The notes under the pieces were generated by a model. The model saw only the letters and a program-made list of their open reading frames with translations, searched no databases and had not been told where the DNA came from. Below, piece after piece: positions 1-9,565 of a stretch of DNA of 64,000 nt (positions are counted from its first letter, which is position 1; each line of letters begins with the position of its first letter). The DNA is from an uncultured Rhizobium sp. (GTDB lineage Bacteria; Pseudomonadota; Alphaproteobacteria; Rickettsiales; UBA1997): NCBI GenBank assembly GCA_964447395.1, contig CAYUSO010000002.1, positions 3,341-67,340 of the forward strand, written 5' to 3'. The translations under genes were made by a program, and so were the position numbers.

Positions 1-746
1 TATTGCGGCAAAGGAATTACTGGCAGGCTCAATTCTCCTGATTTTTCTTTCTCCTTTTCCGTTTTTTCCTTTTCCATTTTTTCCTTTTCCATTTTTTCCT
101 TAGTCGCTTTTTCTGCCTGCTGCTCAGCTTCTTTTCTAGCTTTTTCTTGCTGCAAGAAAAGCGGCGGAATTTCAGCGTTGCTATTTTGGATTACGATCGT
201 TGGCGCTGCAGCAATTGGAGGATCAATTTTTGTCACGCCGGAAGGAATTATGTTAGTAGGAATCGCAGTGACAGCCTCAACTGGAATTGGTTCCGCAACT
301 TTATCGCGATAAAAATCAGCGTAATTATTTTGCGCTGAAACTGGAGCTTGCTGAGCCTTTGCAATCAGATTATTCGTGATTGTAGATTGGTTGGCAATAA
401 GCTCAGCCTTACGCTTTTCTTTTGCTGCATCGAGAATTTTTTTCTCTTCCGCCTGTCTTGCATCGTATTTTTTCTTGTAATCTTTGAATGAAACGCAGGT
501 GCCTTCATCAAAACAACGTCCTTTGCCGCAATCGCAACCGAAGGTGACAGCACGAGTACAAATGGAAAATTTATCAAGTTTCGGTTCGCACTCATCGACA
601 CAGCCGTCACCATATTGTCGCCATACGCCTTTGTTTTCTTCACAGGATGGACGATCGTCAAAAGTGGTTGAACGAGCAATTTGCGCGTTGGATGAAAAGG
701 AGAAAAAAATCGAAGCTAGTAAAAAAACTGCGACTGAAATTCTCAT
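1..746 (-). CDS. Secreted protein with an 8-Cys N-terminal domain and a charged low-complexity tail (3' end at window edge; not in ORF track)
   Basis: Manual translation from ATG 746 (overlaps leuB stop): [22 protein letters not shown]...[19 protein letters not shown]...[15 protein letters not shown]...[15 protein letters not shown]...PLPQ. Open for 248 codons, then 'TA' at the edge. Confidence 0.8.
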   Translation of the reverse strand, partial: MRISVAVFLLASIFFSFSSNAQIARSTTFDDRPSCEENKGVWRQYGDGCVDECEPKLDKFSICTRAVTFGCDCGKGRCFDEGTCVSFKDYKKKYDARQAEEKKILDAAKEKRKAELIANQSTITNNLIAKAQQAPVSAQNNYADFYRDKVAEPIPVEAVTAIPTNIIPSGVTKIDPPIAAAPTIVIQNSNAEIPPLFLQQEKARKEAEQQAEKATKEKMEKEKMEKEKTEKEKEKSGELSLPVIPLPQ

Positions 747-1855
747 GCAAATGCCAATAATTTTTTTAATTCTTCGACAATTTTATCACCCATTTCAGAG
801 CAGGAAACGCGCGCTTCACCAGTTTTTGCAATGTCTGCGGTTCTGACATTGCGGTTCAAAACATTTTCCACTGCTTTTTCGATCAAATCGGATTCTTTGG
901 CAAATCCGAAGGAATATTTAAACATCATCGCCAAACTTAAAATTGTTGCGAGAGGATTGGCAATATTCTTTCCAGCTATGTCTGGCGCGGATCCGTGGAT
1001 TGGTTCGTAAAGCGCGAATTGTTTGCCATTTTCTTGTTTGGCACCAAGTGAAGCTGAAGGCAACATACCGAGAGAGCCTGTCAACATTGATGCAGTATCG
1101 GATAAAATATCGCCAAACATGTTGCCGGTAAGCATAACATCAAACTGCTTAGGATTGCGCACCAACTGCATCGAGGCGTTATCGACATACATGTGCGAAA
1201 GTGCGATTTCGGGATAATTTTTCTGGCCAATTTCAGTGACAACTTCGCGCCACATTTCCGTAGTCTCAATGACGTTTGCTTTGTCGATTGAGCAAAGTTT
1301 CTTGCCGCGAATTTTAGCGAGATCGAAAGCAATGCGCGCGATTCTTTCGACTTCTTTCGAGTTGTAAGTCATAGTGTTGATGCCTTGTCTGGAGCCGTCT
1401 GGCAAGGTTGTGACGCTACGCGGTTCGCCGAAATAAAGATCTCCCGTAAGTTCGCGGACGATCATGATATCTAGCCCCAAAACTATTTCGCGTTTGAGCG
1501 TTGAGCTATCAGCCAAGGCGTTAAAAACTTTCGCTGGACGCAAATTCGCAAAAAGCTCCAATTCCTTGCGAATGCCGAGCAATCCTCGTTCGGGACGATG
1601 CTTATATTCCAAAGATTCCCATTTTAATCCGCCGACAGCGCCGAGTAAAATTGCATCTGACTCTCTGGCGGCATTTAGGGTTTCCTGCGGAAATGGAGTT
1701 CCGAGCTTGTCGTAAGCGCATCCACCGAGAAGTGCGTTTTCTGTTTCAAATTTTTTGTCAGTATTTTTCGAAAAAAAATCGAGAACTTTTTTTGCCTGAG
1801 AAACCACTTCCGGACCAATGCCGTCGCCGTCGATTAAGAGAATTTTTTTTGTCAT
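743..1855 (-). CDS. leuB: 3-isopropylmalate dehydrogenase
   Basis: [22 protein letters not shown] and [13 protein letters not shown] motifs. Confidence 0.97.
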   Translation of the reverse strand: MTKKILLIDGDGIGPEVVSQAKKVLDFFSKNTDKKFETENALLGGCAYDKLGTPFPQETLNAARESDAILLGAVGGLKWESLEYKHRPERGLLGIRKELELFANLRPAKVFNALADSSTLKREIVLGLDIMIVRELTGDLYFGEPRSVTTLPDGSRQGINTMTYNSKEVERIARIAFDLAKIRGKKLCSIDKANVIETTEMWREVVTEIGQKNYPEIALSHMYVDNASMQLVRNPKQFDVMLTGNMFGDILSDTASMLTGSLGMLPSASLGAKQENGKQFALYEPIHGSAPDIAGKNIANPLATILSLAMMFKYSFGFAKESDLIEKAVENVLNRNVRTADIAKTGEARVSCSEMGDKIVEELKKLLAFA

Positions 1856-1873
1856 TTTGTAAATTTGATGTTC

Positions 1874-1950
1874 AGATCCCGAAACAAGTTCGGGATGACA
1901 ATTGTGGTAAATGCTTGCCGCATCGTCATCCCGAACTTGTTTTTGGATCT
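1874..1950. repeat. Palindromic element, family B (AGATCCCGAAACAAGTTCGGGATGAC ... GTCATCCCGAACTTGTTTTTGGATCT)
   Basis: 26-bp inverted arms around a 25-bp spacer; each arm is itself a hairpin. Confidence 0.85.
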
Positions 1951-2260
1951 AGTGAATTAGAAAAGATAATTCAGAAAATAATTTCTGCTCAAGCTCTTCT
2001 CCCTTAGAGTCAAGCCACTTTCCAGAATTTTCATTAAAAGAAAAATAATCCGCACCAGAAAATGGCGAGGAATACCAAATTTTTTGAGAAGCTGAATGGC
2101 GGTTGATTATGTAGGTTTGAGAGCTTGTTTCAATTTCGATTTTTAGAATTCCGTCGGAATATTCAACATCGAGTTTGGAATTTTTATCCATCTCCTCAAC
2201 AGCCTGAGAAAGCTTAAGAAGAGTGGATTCGCAGAGTTGGTAAAAATCTTTTTCTATCAT
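1949..2260 (-). CDS. cyaY: Frataxin-family iron donor protein
   Basis: DVEYSDGILKI, YIINRH..QKIWYSSPFSG motifs. Confidence 0.9.
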   Translation of the reverse strand: MIEKDFYQLCESTLLKLSQAVEEMDKNSKLDVEYSDGILKIEIETSSQTYIINRHSASQKIWYSSPFSGADYFSFNENSGKWLDSKGEELEQKLFSELSFLIH

Positions 2261-2270
2261 AAAAAAATTA

Positions 2271-2362
2271 AGCTCCCCGAACGGAAAAAATTAAGTTCCC
2301 CGAGCGAAGTCGAAGGGTTTTGAGTTTATCTACCAACCCCTCGGCTCCGCTCGGGTAGCCTT
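2271..2362. repeat. REP-like palindromic element, family A
   Basis: ttccccgagcgaagtcgaaggg ... cccctcggctccgctcgggtagc, with a duplicated partial arm in front. Confidence 0.85.
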
Positions 2363-2371
2363 AACTATAAA

Positions 2372-2971
2372 TCACGGATAAATTTTCTTCACTTCCCACT
2401 CATTTCCGACGCGTTCAAAAACTTCGCGATGATGAATACGAAATTCGCCTTCTTCCCAAAATTCAATTTTCTCTGGAATCACGCGAAAGCCTGACCAGAA
2501 AGGCGGGCGCGGCACTTCTTGTCCTTCAAAATCTTTGGAAACTTCTTTGATTCTTTCTTCAAATTCGCTCCATTCCTTCATCTCGCAAGATTGTTTTGAC
2601 GCCCAGGCTCCGATTTGACTACCTCGCCTTCTCGAAGAAAAATAATCGTCAGCTTCTTTGATCGAAACTTTTTCTACAGAGCCTTCAATTCTGATTTGAT
2701 GACCCAAAACTCCCCAATAAAAACACAGAGCCACGTGGGAATTTTTTGCTAATTCTTTACCTTTTCTGCTGGTTAAATTTGTAAAAAAACAAAAGCCGCG
2801 CTCATCAAATTTTTTTAATAAAATCATTCGCGAAGATGGGTGAGAATTTTCATCAACCGTTGAAAGGCACATGGCTGTAGGTTCAACAATATCTTTATTA
2901 TTGCACGCCTCCTCAAACCATTCAGAAAATTTTTGAAATGGTTGCTGATAAGAAACTTTTTTTGCTGACAT
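2372..2971 (-). CDS. pdxH: Pyridoxamine 5'-phosphate oxidase
   Basis: FFTNLTSRKG, SQIGAWASKQS, PRPPFWSGFR, EFW motifs. Confidence 0.96.
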   Translation of the reverse strand: MSAKKVSYQQPFQKFSEWFEEACNNKDIVEPTAMCLSTVDENSHPSSRMILLKKFDERGFCFFTNLTSRKGKELAKNSHVALCFYWGVLGHQIRIEGSVEKVSIKEADDYFSSRRRGSQIGAWASKQSCEMKEWSEFEERIKEVSKDFEGQEVPRPPFWSGFRVIPEKIEFWEEGEFRIHHREVFERVGNEWEVKKIYP

Positions 2972-3044
2972 TTTTTTTGTGAAAAAATTAGAGATGAGAA
3001 GAGATTCTTAAACCTCTATCATAAAAATTATTTTCCAATCAATT

Positions 3045-3545
3045 ATGCTTTTTTTAATTCGTCCCGCCATTCGCATAGCGTTGATTTCACTGGTTATTGT
3101 CGCAGCAGTTCAGCCATACAATTGGTTTTGCCAAATTACTCAAAAATGCGACTCATTTTACTTCTCGCAATATCTTCCAAAGATGAAGGGGAAAATTCCG
3201 TTTGATGTGACGATGGAAGTGACAAACTACCGTGAAGATCTTGATTTTAGGCCGACCGAGCCCGTTATCGTGACATTGTCAAATCAGACGAATGTTGTTT
3301 TTTATCACGCTAAAAATCTTAGCGATAAAACAATTAGCTTTCGTCCGCAGCTAATCATCGAGCCGGATTATGCCGCCAAATATTTCAATCGTTATGAGTG
3401 CCTCTGCTCTCATGAATACAAGCTAAAACCTAGAGAAGAGCGTAAATTAAAAATGGTATTTGAGATCAAAAAAGACATCGAAAACGAGAAAAACTTTTTA
3501 AAGCAACCTAACGCCAACAAGCTGAAAGTTCGTTATAAAATTTGA
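3045..3545 (+). CDS. Divergent cytochrome c oxidase assembly protein (CtaG/Cox11-like)
   Basis: N-terminal TM ending in PYNWFCQIT; AKYFNRYECLC resembles the Cox11 CFCF motif. Confidence 0.7.
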   Translation: MLFLIRPAIRIALISLVIVAAVQPYNWFCQITQKCDSFYFSQYLPKMKGKIPFDVTMEVTNYREDLDFRPTEPVIVTLSNQTNVVFYHAKNLSDKTISFRPQLIIEPDYAAKYFNRYECLCSHEYKLKPREERKLKMVFEIKKDIENEKNFLKQPNANKLKVRYKI

Positions 3546-3549
3546 CCAA

Positions 3550-4917
3550 TTAGGATAGCTTCCAAATTGTTTTATCCTTCGCCACATCTTCCAAAAGAAT
3601 GCCTTGCGCTAGCAGATTTTGCCTGATCTCGTCAGCCTTAGCGAAATTTTTTTCTTGTTTGAATTTTAAGCGCAATTCGATTTGCGATTCGATGTATTTT
3701 TCGTCAAAATTATTTTCCGATTTTTTAGTAAAAAAATTCGCGTCAAGCAGGCCAAGAAAATCAAGAGTTGCGACGAATTCTTTTTTTAAATTTTCATCAT
3801 TTGTTGATTTAATTTCTTTAGCAGTTTCGTGAAGATAGGCGATTGTTTTTGAAATATTTAAATCTTCCGCGAGATGCTCCAATACTTGCTTGGAGACCTT
3901 TCCTTTTTTATCACTTAACGCAGATTTGTCGAAAAGCGCATAAAATTTTTCCAGCGATTTTTGTGCATCATCGAGAGCTTTTTGGTTAAAATCGAAAGGT
4001 TTGCGATAGTGAGTCGAGAGCAGCAAATATCTGATTACAACGCCAGAAATTCCTTTATCCAAAAGATCGCGCACGGTGATAAAATTCTTTAGTGATTTGC
4101 TCATTTTTTCACCATCAACGGTGAGAAATCCATTATGAATCCAAAAGCGCGCATAGTGCGAAGAAGGTTGAGAGCAGCGGCTTTGCGCGATTTCATTTTC
4201 GTGATGCGGAAATTGCAAATCAGCTCCGCCGCCATGAATATCAAAATCAACACCGAGATATTTCGAACTCATCGCCGAACATTCGATGTGCCAACCTGGA
4301 CGACCATTTCCCCACGGACTAGCGAAAACACTGGACGGATCATCATCTTCGTCGGCTGGTTTCCACAAAACAAAATCGAGCGGATTTTTTTTGTAATCGG
4401 CAATTTCAACGCGCGAACCGGCAATCATTTCATCGAGATTGCGATTGGAAAGCGCGCCATAATCAGCAAAAGAAGAAACGTCGAAAAGCACGTGTTTATT
4501 GCTTTCATAGGCATTTCCATTGGCGATTAATTTCTCAATTATCGTAATCATCTCCGGAATGTGAGTAGTGGCGCGCGGCTCTACCGTTGGCCGTAAAACA
4601 TTTAGCGCATCAGTATCAGCGTGAAAAAACTCGGTAATTTTTTTTGTCAGATCTTGAATCGAAACGCCCTGCTCCTTGGCCGCAGCGTTAATTTTATCAT
4701 CAACATCCGTGATATTTCGTACGTAAGTGACGCGTGGAAAAACCGCAGAAAAAAAACGAAAAAATAAATCGTAAACCACCACTGAACGGGCATTTCCAAG
4801 ATGCGGTCGATCATAAACCGTTGGACCACAAACATACATTTTGAGATGATTTGGCTCGAGAGTTGTGAGAATTTCTTCGCGGCGGGAAAGTGTGTTGAAG
4901 AGAGTGATTTTGTGCAT
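3550..4917 (-). CDS. cysS: Cysteine--tRNA ligase
   Basis: YVCGPTVY, HLGN (HIGH), GRPGWHIECSAM, KMSKS. Confidence 0.98.
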   Translation of the reverse strand: MHKITLFNTLSRREEILTTLEPNHLKMYVCGPTVYDRPHLGNARSVVVYDLFFRFFSAVFPRVTYVRNITDVDDKINAAAKEQGVSIQDLTKKITEFFHADTDALNVLRPTVEPRATTHIPEMITIIEKLIANGNAYESNKHVLFDVSSFADYGALSNRNLDEMIAGSRVEIADYKKNPLDFVLWKPADEDDDPSSVFASPWGNGRPGWHIECSAMSSKYLGVDFDIHGGGADLQFPHHENEIAQSRCSQPSSHYARFWIHNGFLTVDGEKMSKSLKNFITVRDLLDKGISGVVIRYLLLSTHYRKPFDFNQKALDDAQKSLEKFYALFDKSALSDKKGKVSKQVLEHLAEDLNISKTIAYLHETAKEIKSTNDENLKKEFVATLDFLGLLDANFFTKKSENNFDEKYIESQIELRLKFKQEKNFAKADEIRQNLLAQGILLEDVAKDKTIWKLS

Positions 4918-4934
4918 TTTAAAATGGATTATTG

Positions 4935-4999
4935 CCCCTCGACGACGCGCTTCGCACTTTGCTCGGGGAACTTAAATTTTCCTTCGCGCTTTGCTCGAG
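4935..4999. repeat. REP-like family A, variant arm with an extra internal hairpin
   Basis: cccctcgacgacgcgcttcgcactttgctcggggaact followed by a partial second copy. Confidence 0.8.
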
Positions 5000-5013
5000 A
5001 AATTTTAAATTTT

Positions 5014-5625
5014 TTAATTTCCGTAAAGCTCTTTGATGATTTTATTTCGTAAAAAATTCTGACTTTTTATTCCGGTAAATTTTGCGATCACCTCTCCATC
5101 CCGTGAAATCAAGGCTGTGAAAGGAATGTGATTATTGTAGCGAATATTTTTTTTCTGTAGGAAATCTACGAATCCTTCTTTGTAAGCTAAAAAACGCGGC
5201 TGAAAGTAAAAATCTCCAAAGTTGGCGAGATAAGACTGGAGCTCTTCTGCAGTCATATCGCGATCGAGAGCTAAAGTAATTGTTTGCAAATCGGTATTTT
5301 GAAATTCACGAGAAATCTCGTTGATAATAGGAAAATTTTTTGTGCAAACCTTGCACCAAGTGGTATAGATATAGAGCAAAATCGGCTTCCCATCTGCCTT
5401 CTCAAACTCATTGGCAATTTGTGCTGTTGTCATCGGAATTGGCGCAATGCTATTAAAACTAATGTTTTTTGATTCAGGAATTTTTACGTCGAGACGAGCA
5501 ATATCCTCGACATATTTATTCCATAAAACTAGCCCCAGAGCGGCTCCAACAACGATTATGAGAAAAAACATTTTCGAATTTTTTTTAGATTTTTGAAAGT
5601 TTTTGAAGTGAAGGATTTTAGTCAT
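5014..5625 (-). CDS. Membrane-anchored TlpA/ResA-like thioredoxin
   Basis: TM segment, TTWCKVC CxxC motif, IPFT cis-Pro motif. Confidence 0.8.
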   Translation of the reverse strand: MTKILHFKNFQKSKKNSKMFFLIIVVGAALGLVLWNKYVEDIARLDVKIPESKNISFNSIAPIPMTTAQIANEFEKADGKPILLYIYTTWCKVCTKNFPIINEISREFQNTDLQTITLALDRDMTAEELQSYLANFGDFYFQPRFLAYKEGFVDFLQKKNIRYNNHIPFTALISRDGEVIAKFTGIKSQNFLRNKIIKELYGN

Positions 5626-5710
5626 TTACGATTTACGATTTGCGATTTACGATTTAGCCGCGCCTTCCTACAACCCAAAAACAAAATCTTAAATCTTAAA
5701 TCTTAAATTT
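5626..5710. repeat. Heptamer tandem repeats (TTACGAT x4; AAATCTT x3-4)
   Basis: Read directly at 5626-5653 and about 5684-5710. Confidence 0.85.
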
Positions 5711-6062
5711 GATGCTGATCAAAATAAAAAATCTCAGATTACAAACTTTTCTTGGCGTTTACGAATGGGAAAAAACTCACAATCGTGAAATTATTATCAA
5801 TGCCGAAATCAGCACAGATCACGATAAAGCTCTAGAAAGTGATAATCTGTCTGACACTATCGACTATGATGAAATCATCGCAAAAATCAGAAATTTAATC
5901 AGTGAAAAAAAATTTAAATTGATTGAGAAAATGGCCGCCGAAGTGATGAAGGAAATCATGCGCGACCCACGTATTAAAAAATGTAAACTGGAAATTGATA
6001 AAGTTGGAGTCGTCGAAGGAGTAGAATCCTTCTCGGTTCTGATCGAAGAAGTTAGAAAATAA
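5709..6062 (+). CDS. folB: Dihydroneopterin aldolase
   Basis: LGVYEWEK, DTIDYD, FKLIEKMA motifs. Confidence 0.9.
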   Translation: MMLIKIKNLRLQTFLGVYEWEKTHNREIIINAEISTDHDKALESDNLSDTIDYDEIIAKIRNLISEKKFKLIEKMAAEVMKEIMRDPRIKKCKLEIDKVGVVEGVESFSVLIEEVRK

Positions 6063-6079
6063 AAAATTGCAAACAGCTA

Positions 6080-6502
6080 ATGGATTTAAAAACCGAGCAA
6101 GTTCTCAAGCTAATTCATTCACATTCTCGCATCAAAAATTTTCTCACAACTTTGTGCTACGCGTTAATAATTGGCGGGCTTTTTATTTACATTTTTTACG
6201 CCTTTAATCAAAGCCGCACAATCAAGCTAGTCAATGATTACAAAGAAAATCCTCAGGGATATAAAACTGAAAAAATCATGACAAATCCGCGCATCAAATT
6301 TCAATATAATGATGCGCAAATTTATGATATTCAGGCCAAAAAAGCCTTTCACAAAGATGAAAATGAGATAATGCTCTACGATGTTTTTGCCGAGGGCGAT
6401 ATTGGAAAAATCACTGCTGGAGAACTAAAAATTGATGAAAATGGAAATCATTTAGTCTTCACAAAAAATCCGATCTTAATTTTAAATAAGACAAAAAAAT
6501 AA
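6080..6502 (+). CDS. Membrane-anchored protein, possibly LptC-like
   Basis: One TM, then a beta-rich region containing MTNPRI...YDIQAKKA. Confidence 0.45.
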   Translation: MDLKTEQVLKLIHSHSRIKNFLTTLCYALIIGGLFIYIFYAFNQSRTIKLVNDYKENPQGYKTEKIMTNPRIKFQYNDAQIYDIQAKKAFHKDENEIMLYDVFAEGDIGKITAGELKIDENGNHLVFTKNPILILNKTKK

Positions 6503-6519
6503 CCAACTTCCCGAGAATA

Positions 6520-6660
6520 ATCAGTTCCCCACACTGCGTCGAGGGGTAGGAAAGCGAACTCTCATCCCCTCGACTTCGCTCGGGGAGCTGAGAAGTTTTA
6601 GTCTGTCGCGGGATAAATCCTAAAAAAATCACAGCCTCTCGACTCCGCTCGAGGAGCAAA
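6520..6660. repeat. REP-like family A with outer arm
   Basis: gtcgagggg-taggaaagcgaactctcat-cccctcgacttcgctcggggagctgagaagttttagtctgtcgcgggataaatcc, plus an extra arm. Confidence 0.85.
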
Positions 6661-6671
6661 AAATTAACTTT

Positions 6672-7739
6672 ATGACAAATAAATTCGGCGAAATTTTTTC
6701 ATTCACAACTTGGGGCGAAAGCCATGGCGAAGCAATTGGCTGCGTGGTTGATGGCTGTCCTTCTTTAATTAATTTAAATGAAGGCGACATTCAAAAACAT
6801 TTGGATAAGCGCAAACCCGGACAATCAAAATTCACCACACAACGCCAAGAAAAAGACGAGGTAAAAATTTTGTCAGGTGTGTTTGAAGGCAAGACTACCG
6901 GCACTCCAATTAGCTTAGTGATTTTCAACGAAGATCAAAAATCTGCTGATTATGGCGACATCAAAGACAAGTTCCGCCCATCTCACGCCGATTACAGCTA
7001 CTTCAAAAAATATGGCATTCGCGATTATCGCGGCGGCGGAAGATCTTCAGCTCGTGAAACCGCAATGCGTGTAGCTGCAGGAGCAGTTGCGAGAAAAATT
7101 TTGGCGCGCGAAAAAATCGAAATCACCGGCTATCTAACTCAAATTGGCGAGAAAAAAATCGATCGCACAAAAATCGATTTTTCTGAAATTGAAAAAAACG
7201 ATTTCTTCTGCCCGGATAAAAATGCTGCAAAAAATTTTGAAGATTATTTGCTCGAAATCAGAAAGGCTGGAGACTCTGTTGGCGCGGTTGTAGAAGTAAT
7301 TGCCAAAAATGTTCCAGCTGGTTTTGGTGAGCCAATTTACAACAAACTCGATGCACGTTTAGCGCAAGCAATGATGTCAATCAATGCCGTGAAAGGAGTT
7401 GAAATTGGCGATGGAATGTCAGCTGCAACAAAACGCGGATCTGAACTTGCTGATGAAATGCGAAACGAAAATGGCCAAATTATTTTTTCTAACAATTACT
7501 CCGGAGGCACTCTGGGCGGCATTTCATCCGGCCAAGACATCGTCGTGCGTTTTGCAGTGAAGCCGACCAGCTCGATTTTAATTCCAAGAAAAACCATCGA
7601 TGTGAATGGAAATAATTGCGAAATTATCACCAAAGGTCGCCACGATCCATGCGTTGGAATTCGCGCTGTTCCTGTTGGCGAAGCTATGATGGCTTGCGTC
7701 TTGGCAGATTTTTTACTCCTCAACCAAGCAAAAAAATAA
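6672..7739 (+). CDS. aroC: Chorismate synthase
   Basis: GESHG, RPSHAD, RSSARET, GRHDPCV. Confidence 0.98.
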   Translation: MTNKFGEIFSFTTWGESHGEAIGCVVDGCPSLINLNEGDIQKHLDKRKPGQSKFTTQRQEKDEVKILSGVFEGKTTGTPISLVIFNEDQKSADYGDIKDKFRPSHADYSYFKKYGIRDYRGGGRSSARETAMRVAAGAVARKILAREKIEITGYLTQIGEKKIDRTKIDFSEIEKNDFFCPDKNAAKNFEDYLLEIRKAGDSVGAVVEVIAKNVPAGFGEPIYNKLDARLAQAMMSINAVKGVEIGDGMSAATKRGSELADEMRNENGQIIFSNNYSGGTLGGISSGQDIVVRFAVKPTSSILIPRKTIDVNGNNCEIITKGRHDPCVGIRAVPVGEAMMACVLADFLLLNQAKK

Positions 7740-7960
7740 TGAAATTCATAATAAAAATTTTGTTTCTTACTTTACTAAGCAGCTCTGCTCTAGCTCAGCA
7801 TTTAAAAAAAGATTATTCTCCATTTGGCTTCGACCTCACGCCAAATCCCGTTCTAGAAAGCGATAAAACCGCCGTCTCAGAAGCAAATTATGGCAACTCA
7901 TCATATGAAGATGTGCCAATTCAGGCGCATAATTTTCACATTAACCACAAAAGCGAATAG
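7739..7960 (+). CDS. Small secreted hypothetical protein
   Basis: Start overlaps the aroC stop (TAATG); signal peptide [19 protein letters not shown]. Confidence 0.55.
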   Translation: MKFIIKILFLTLLSSSALAQHLKKDYSPFGFDLTPNPVLESDKTAVSEANYGNSSYEDVPIQAHNFHINHKSE

Positions 7961-8153
7961 ACTGTAGATTTTTCCTTCTCACCTCAACCCGCAAGAAGAG
8001 ATGAATTCTGATGAAAAGCAGCAATGAAAAGATTCGGGAATTTAATTTGAAACAGCGCGGAAATTTAAATTTGCCTAGCAAATTTCGAAAAATAGCTTCG
8101 CCGAAATTCAAGCGATTCACTTGAATTTCCCTACTCAAATGAAAAAAAATCCT

Positions 8154-8756
8154 ATGAAAAACTTAGCAAAACTCACTGCTCTTATGGCTCTGATGGCAAC
8201 AACCGCTCTTGCTCAACCTGGCCCTGGCGGACCTGGTGGTGCTGGTGGACCTCAAGCTGGCGGACCTCGCCCTCAGCCTCAAGGTGGACCTCAAGCTGGC
8301 GGACCTCAAGGTGGTGGACCTAAGCCAATGATGCAACAAGGCGGCCCTCAAGGCGGATCAGCAATGAATCAAGGACCTCGCGGCGGCGACATGCGCGGCG
8401 GACCTGGAATGAACCGTCCTGATATGAATGGCAACAAGCCTGGCATGGGAAGACCTGACATGAATGGTGCTCGTCCTGGCGATGGAATGCCTGGCGGCAG
8501 ACCAGAAATGGGTCGTCCTGATATGAATGGCAACAAGCCTGGCATGGGAAGACCTGACATGAATGGTGCTCGTCCTGGCGATGGAATGCCTGGCGGCAGA
8601 CCAGAAGCTCGTGAGCAAAGAATGGAGCATCGCGAGAAGATGAGAGAAAAACGCAAAGAAGCTCACGAAGAAAGAATGGAGCGTCGCAAAGAAATGATGG
8701 AAAAACGCATGGAAAATCGCTCTAACAATCAAGCAAAACCGGCGGAAACTAATTAG
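8154..8756 (+). CDS. Secreted Gly/Pro/Met-rich repeat protein with a charged helical C-terminus
   Basis: Signal peptide ending ...TTALA; GGPQ and RPDM repeats; followed by a terminator. Confidence 0.8.
   Translation: MKNLAKLTALMALMATTALAQPGPGGPGGAGGPQAGGPRPQPQGGPQAGGPQGGGPKPMMQQGGPQGGSAMNQGPRGGDMRGGPGMNRPDMNGNKPGMGRPDMNGARPGDGMPGGRPEMGRPDMNGNKPGMGRPDMNGARPGDGMPGGRPEAREQRMEHREKMREKRKEAHEERMERRKEMMEKRMENRSNNQAKPAETN
8415..8606 (+). repeat. Perfect 93-bp direct repeat, period 99 bp, inside CDS
   Basis: 8415-8507 is identical to 8514-8606. Confidence 0.9.
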
Positions 8757-8770
8757 TTAATTCGCGCCGT

Positions 8771-8812
8771 AAAAAGACCGGCTCTCGAAGAAATTTGGGA
8801 GCCGGTTTTTTT
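8771..8812. terminator. Rho-independent terminator, probably bidirectional
   Basis: aaaagaccggctctc...gggagccggttttttt between convergent genes. Confidence 0.8.
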
Positions 8813-8822
8813 GTGCCAAAAA

Positions 8823-9467
8823 TTACCCGACAACATTACTTCGCTTAGAATTTGCATCAATGGCATGATGCAAATTTTTTATCGCCAACACCTCACCCTG
8901 CGGATGATCCCAAACATAAGAAATAACGCATAAAAAATCAGCGCCAGCTTTAGCAAGTTGAGATGCGTTTTGATCAGTAATTCCACCAATTGCGGCGATT
9001 GGCAAATTCATAATCTCATTCGCCCATTGCAAAATTTCTAAGGTTGGTTTGCCACGAGATTGCTTGGTTTTGCTTGGAAAAAATGCGCCGAAGGAAACGT
9101 AATCTGCACCCTGCTCTCCTGCTTCCATGGCGATATGGCGCGAATCATAACAGCTCGCACCAATGATAAAATTTTTAGGAGATTTTTTTCGCGCTGCTAA
9201 AATTGAGCCATCTTCTGCACCGAGATGAACACCATCCGCCCCAACCTCAAAAGCAATTTCCAACTCGTCATTCAGCAAAAATAAGCAATTATTGTCGTGA
9301 CAAATTTTTTTTAACTCTCGCGCAAAATTTTTAATTTCTGATTTTTTATAATCTTTGAGACGCAGCTGAAACGTAGGAACCAAGCCAGTTTTGAGCGCTT
9401 TTTCCAAGCGCGGAGAAAAATTTTCTAGTTCAATTTTTGGCGGAGAGATGAGGTAGATTTTGGACAT
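8823..9467 (-). CDS. thiE: Thiamine-phosphate synthase
   Basis: QLRLK, ND, DGVHLG, AIGGI motifs; start moved to MSKIY because the longer frame runs into a repeat. Confidence 0.93.
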   Translation of the reverse strand: MSKIYLISPPKIELENFSPRLEKALKTGLVPTFQLRLKDYKKSEIKNFARELKKICHDNNCLFLLNDELEIAFEVGADGVHLGAEDGSILAARKKSPKNFIIGASCYDSRHIAMEAGEQGADYVSFGAFFPSKTKQSRGKPTLEILQWANEIMNLPIAAIGGITDQNASQLAKAGADFLCVISYVWDHPQGEVLAIKNLHHAIDANSKRSNVVG

Positions 9468-9476
9468 AAAATTAAT

Positions 9477-9545
9477 AGTTCTGCGAAGGGAGCCGAGAGT
9501 AGGAAAATAAACTCTCATCCCCCCGACTCCGCTCAGGGAACTAAC
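9477..9545. repeat. Degenerate REP-like family A
   Basis: ...taggaaaataaactctcat-ccccccgactccgctcagggaact. Confidence 0.75.
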
Positions 9546-9565
9546 ATGCTTTGCTCGAGATTGAT

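Noticed and set aside
8163..8732. Antisense ORFs over the G/P/M-rich gene and other shadow ORFs
   Set aside because: They overlap well-supported genes and have no independent features
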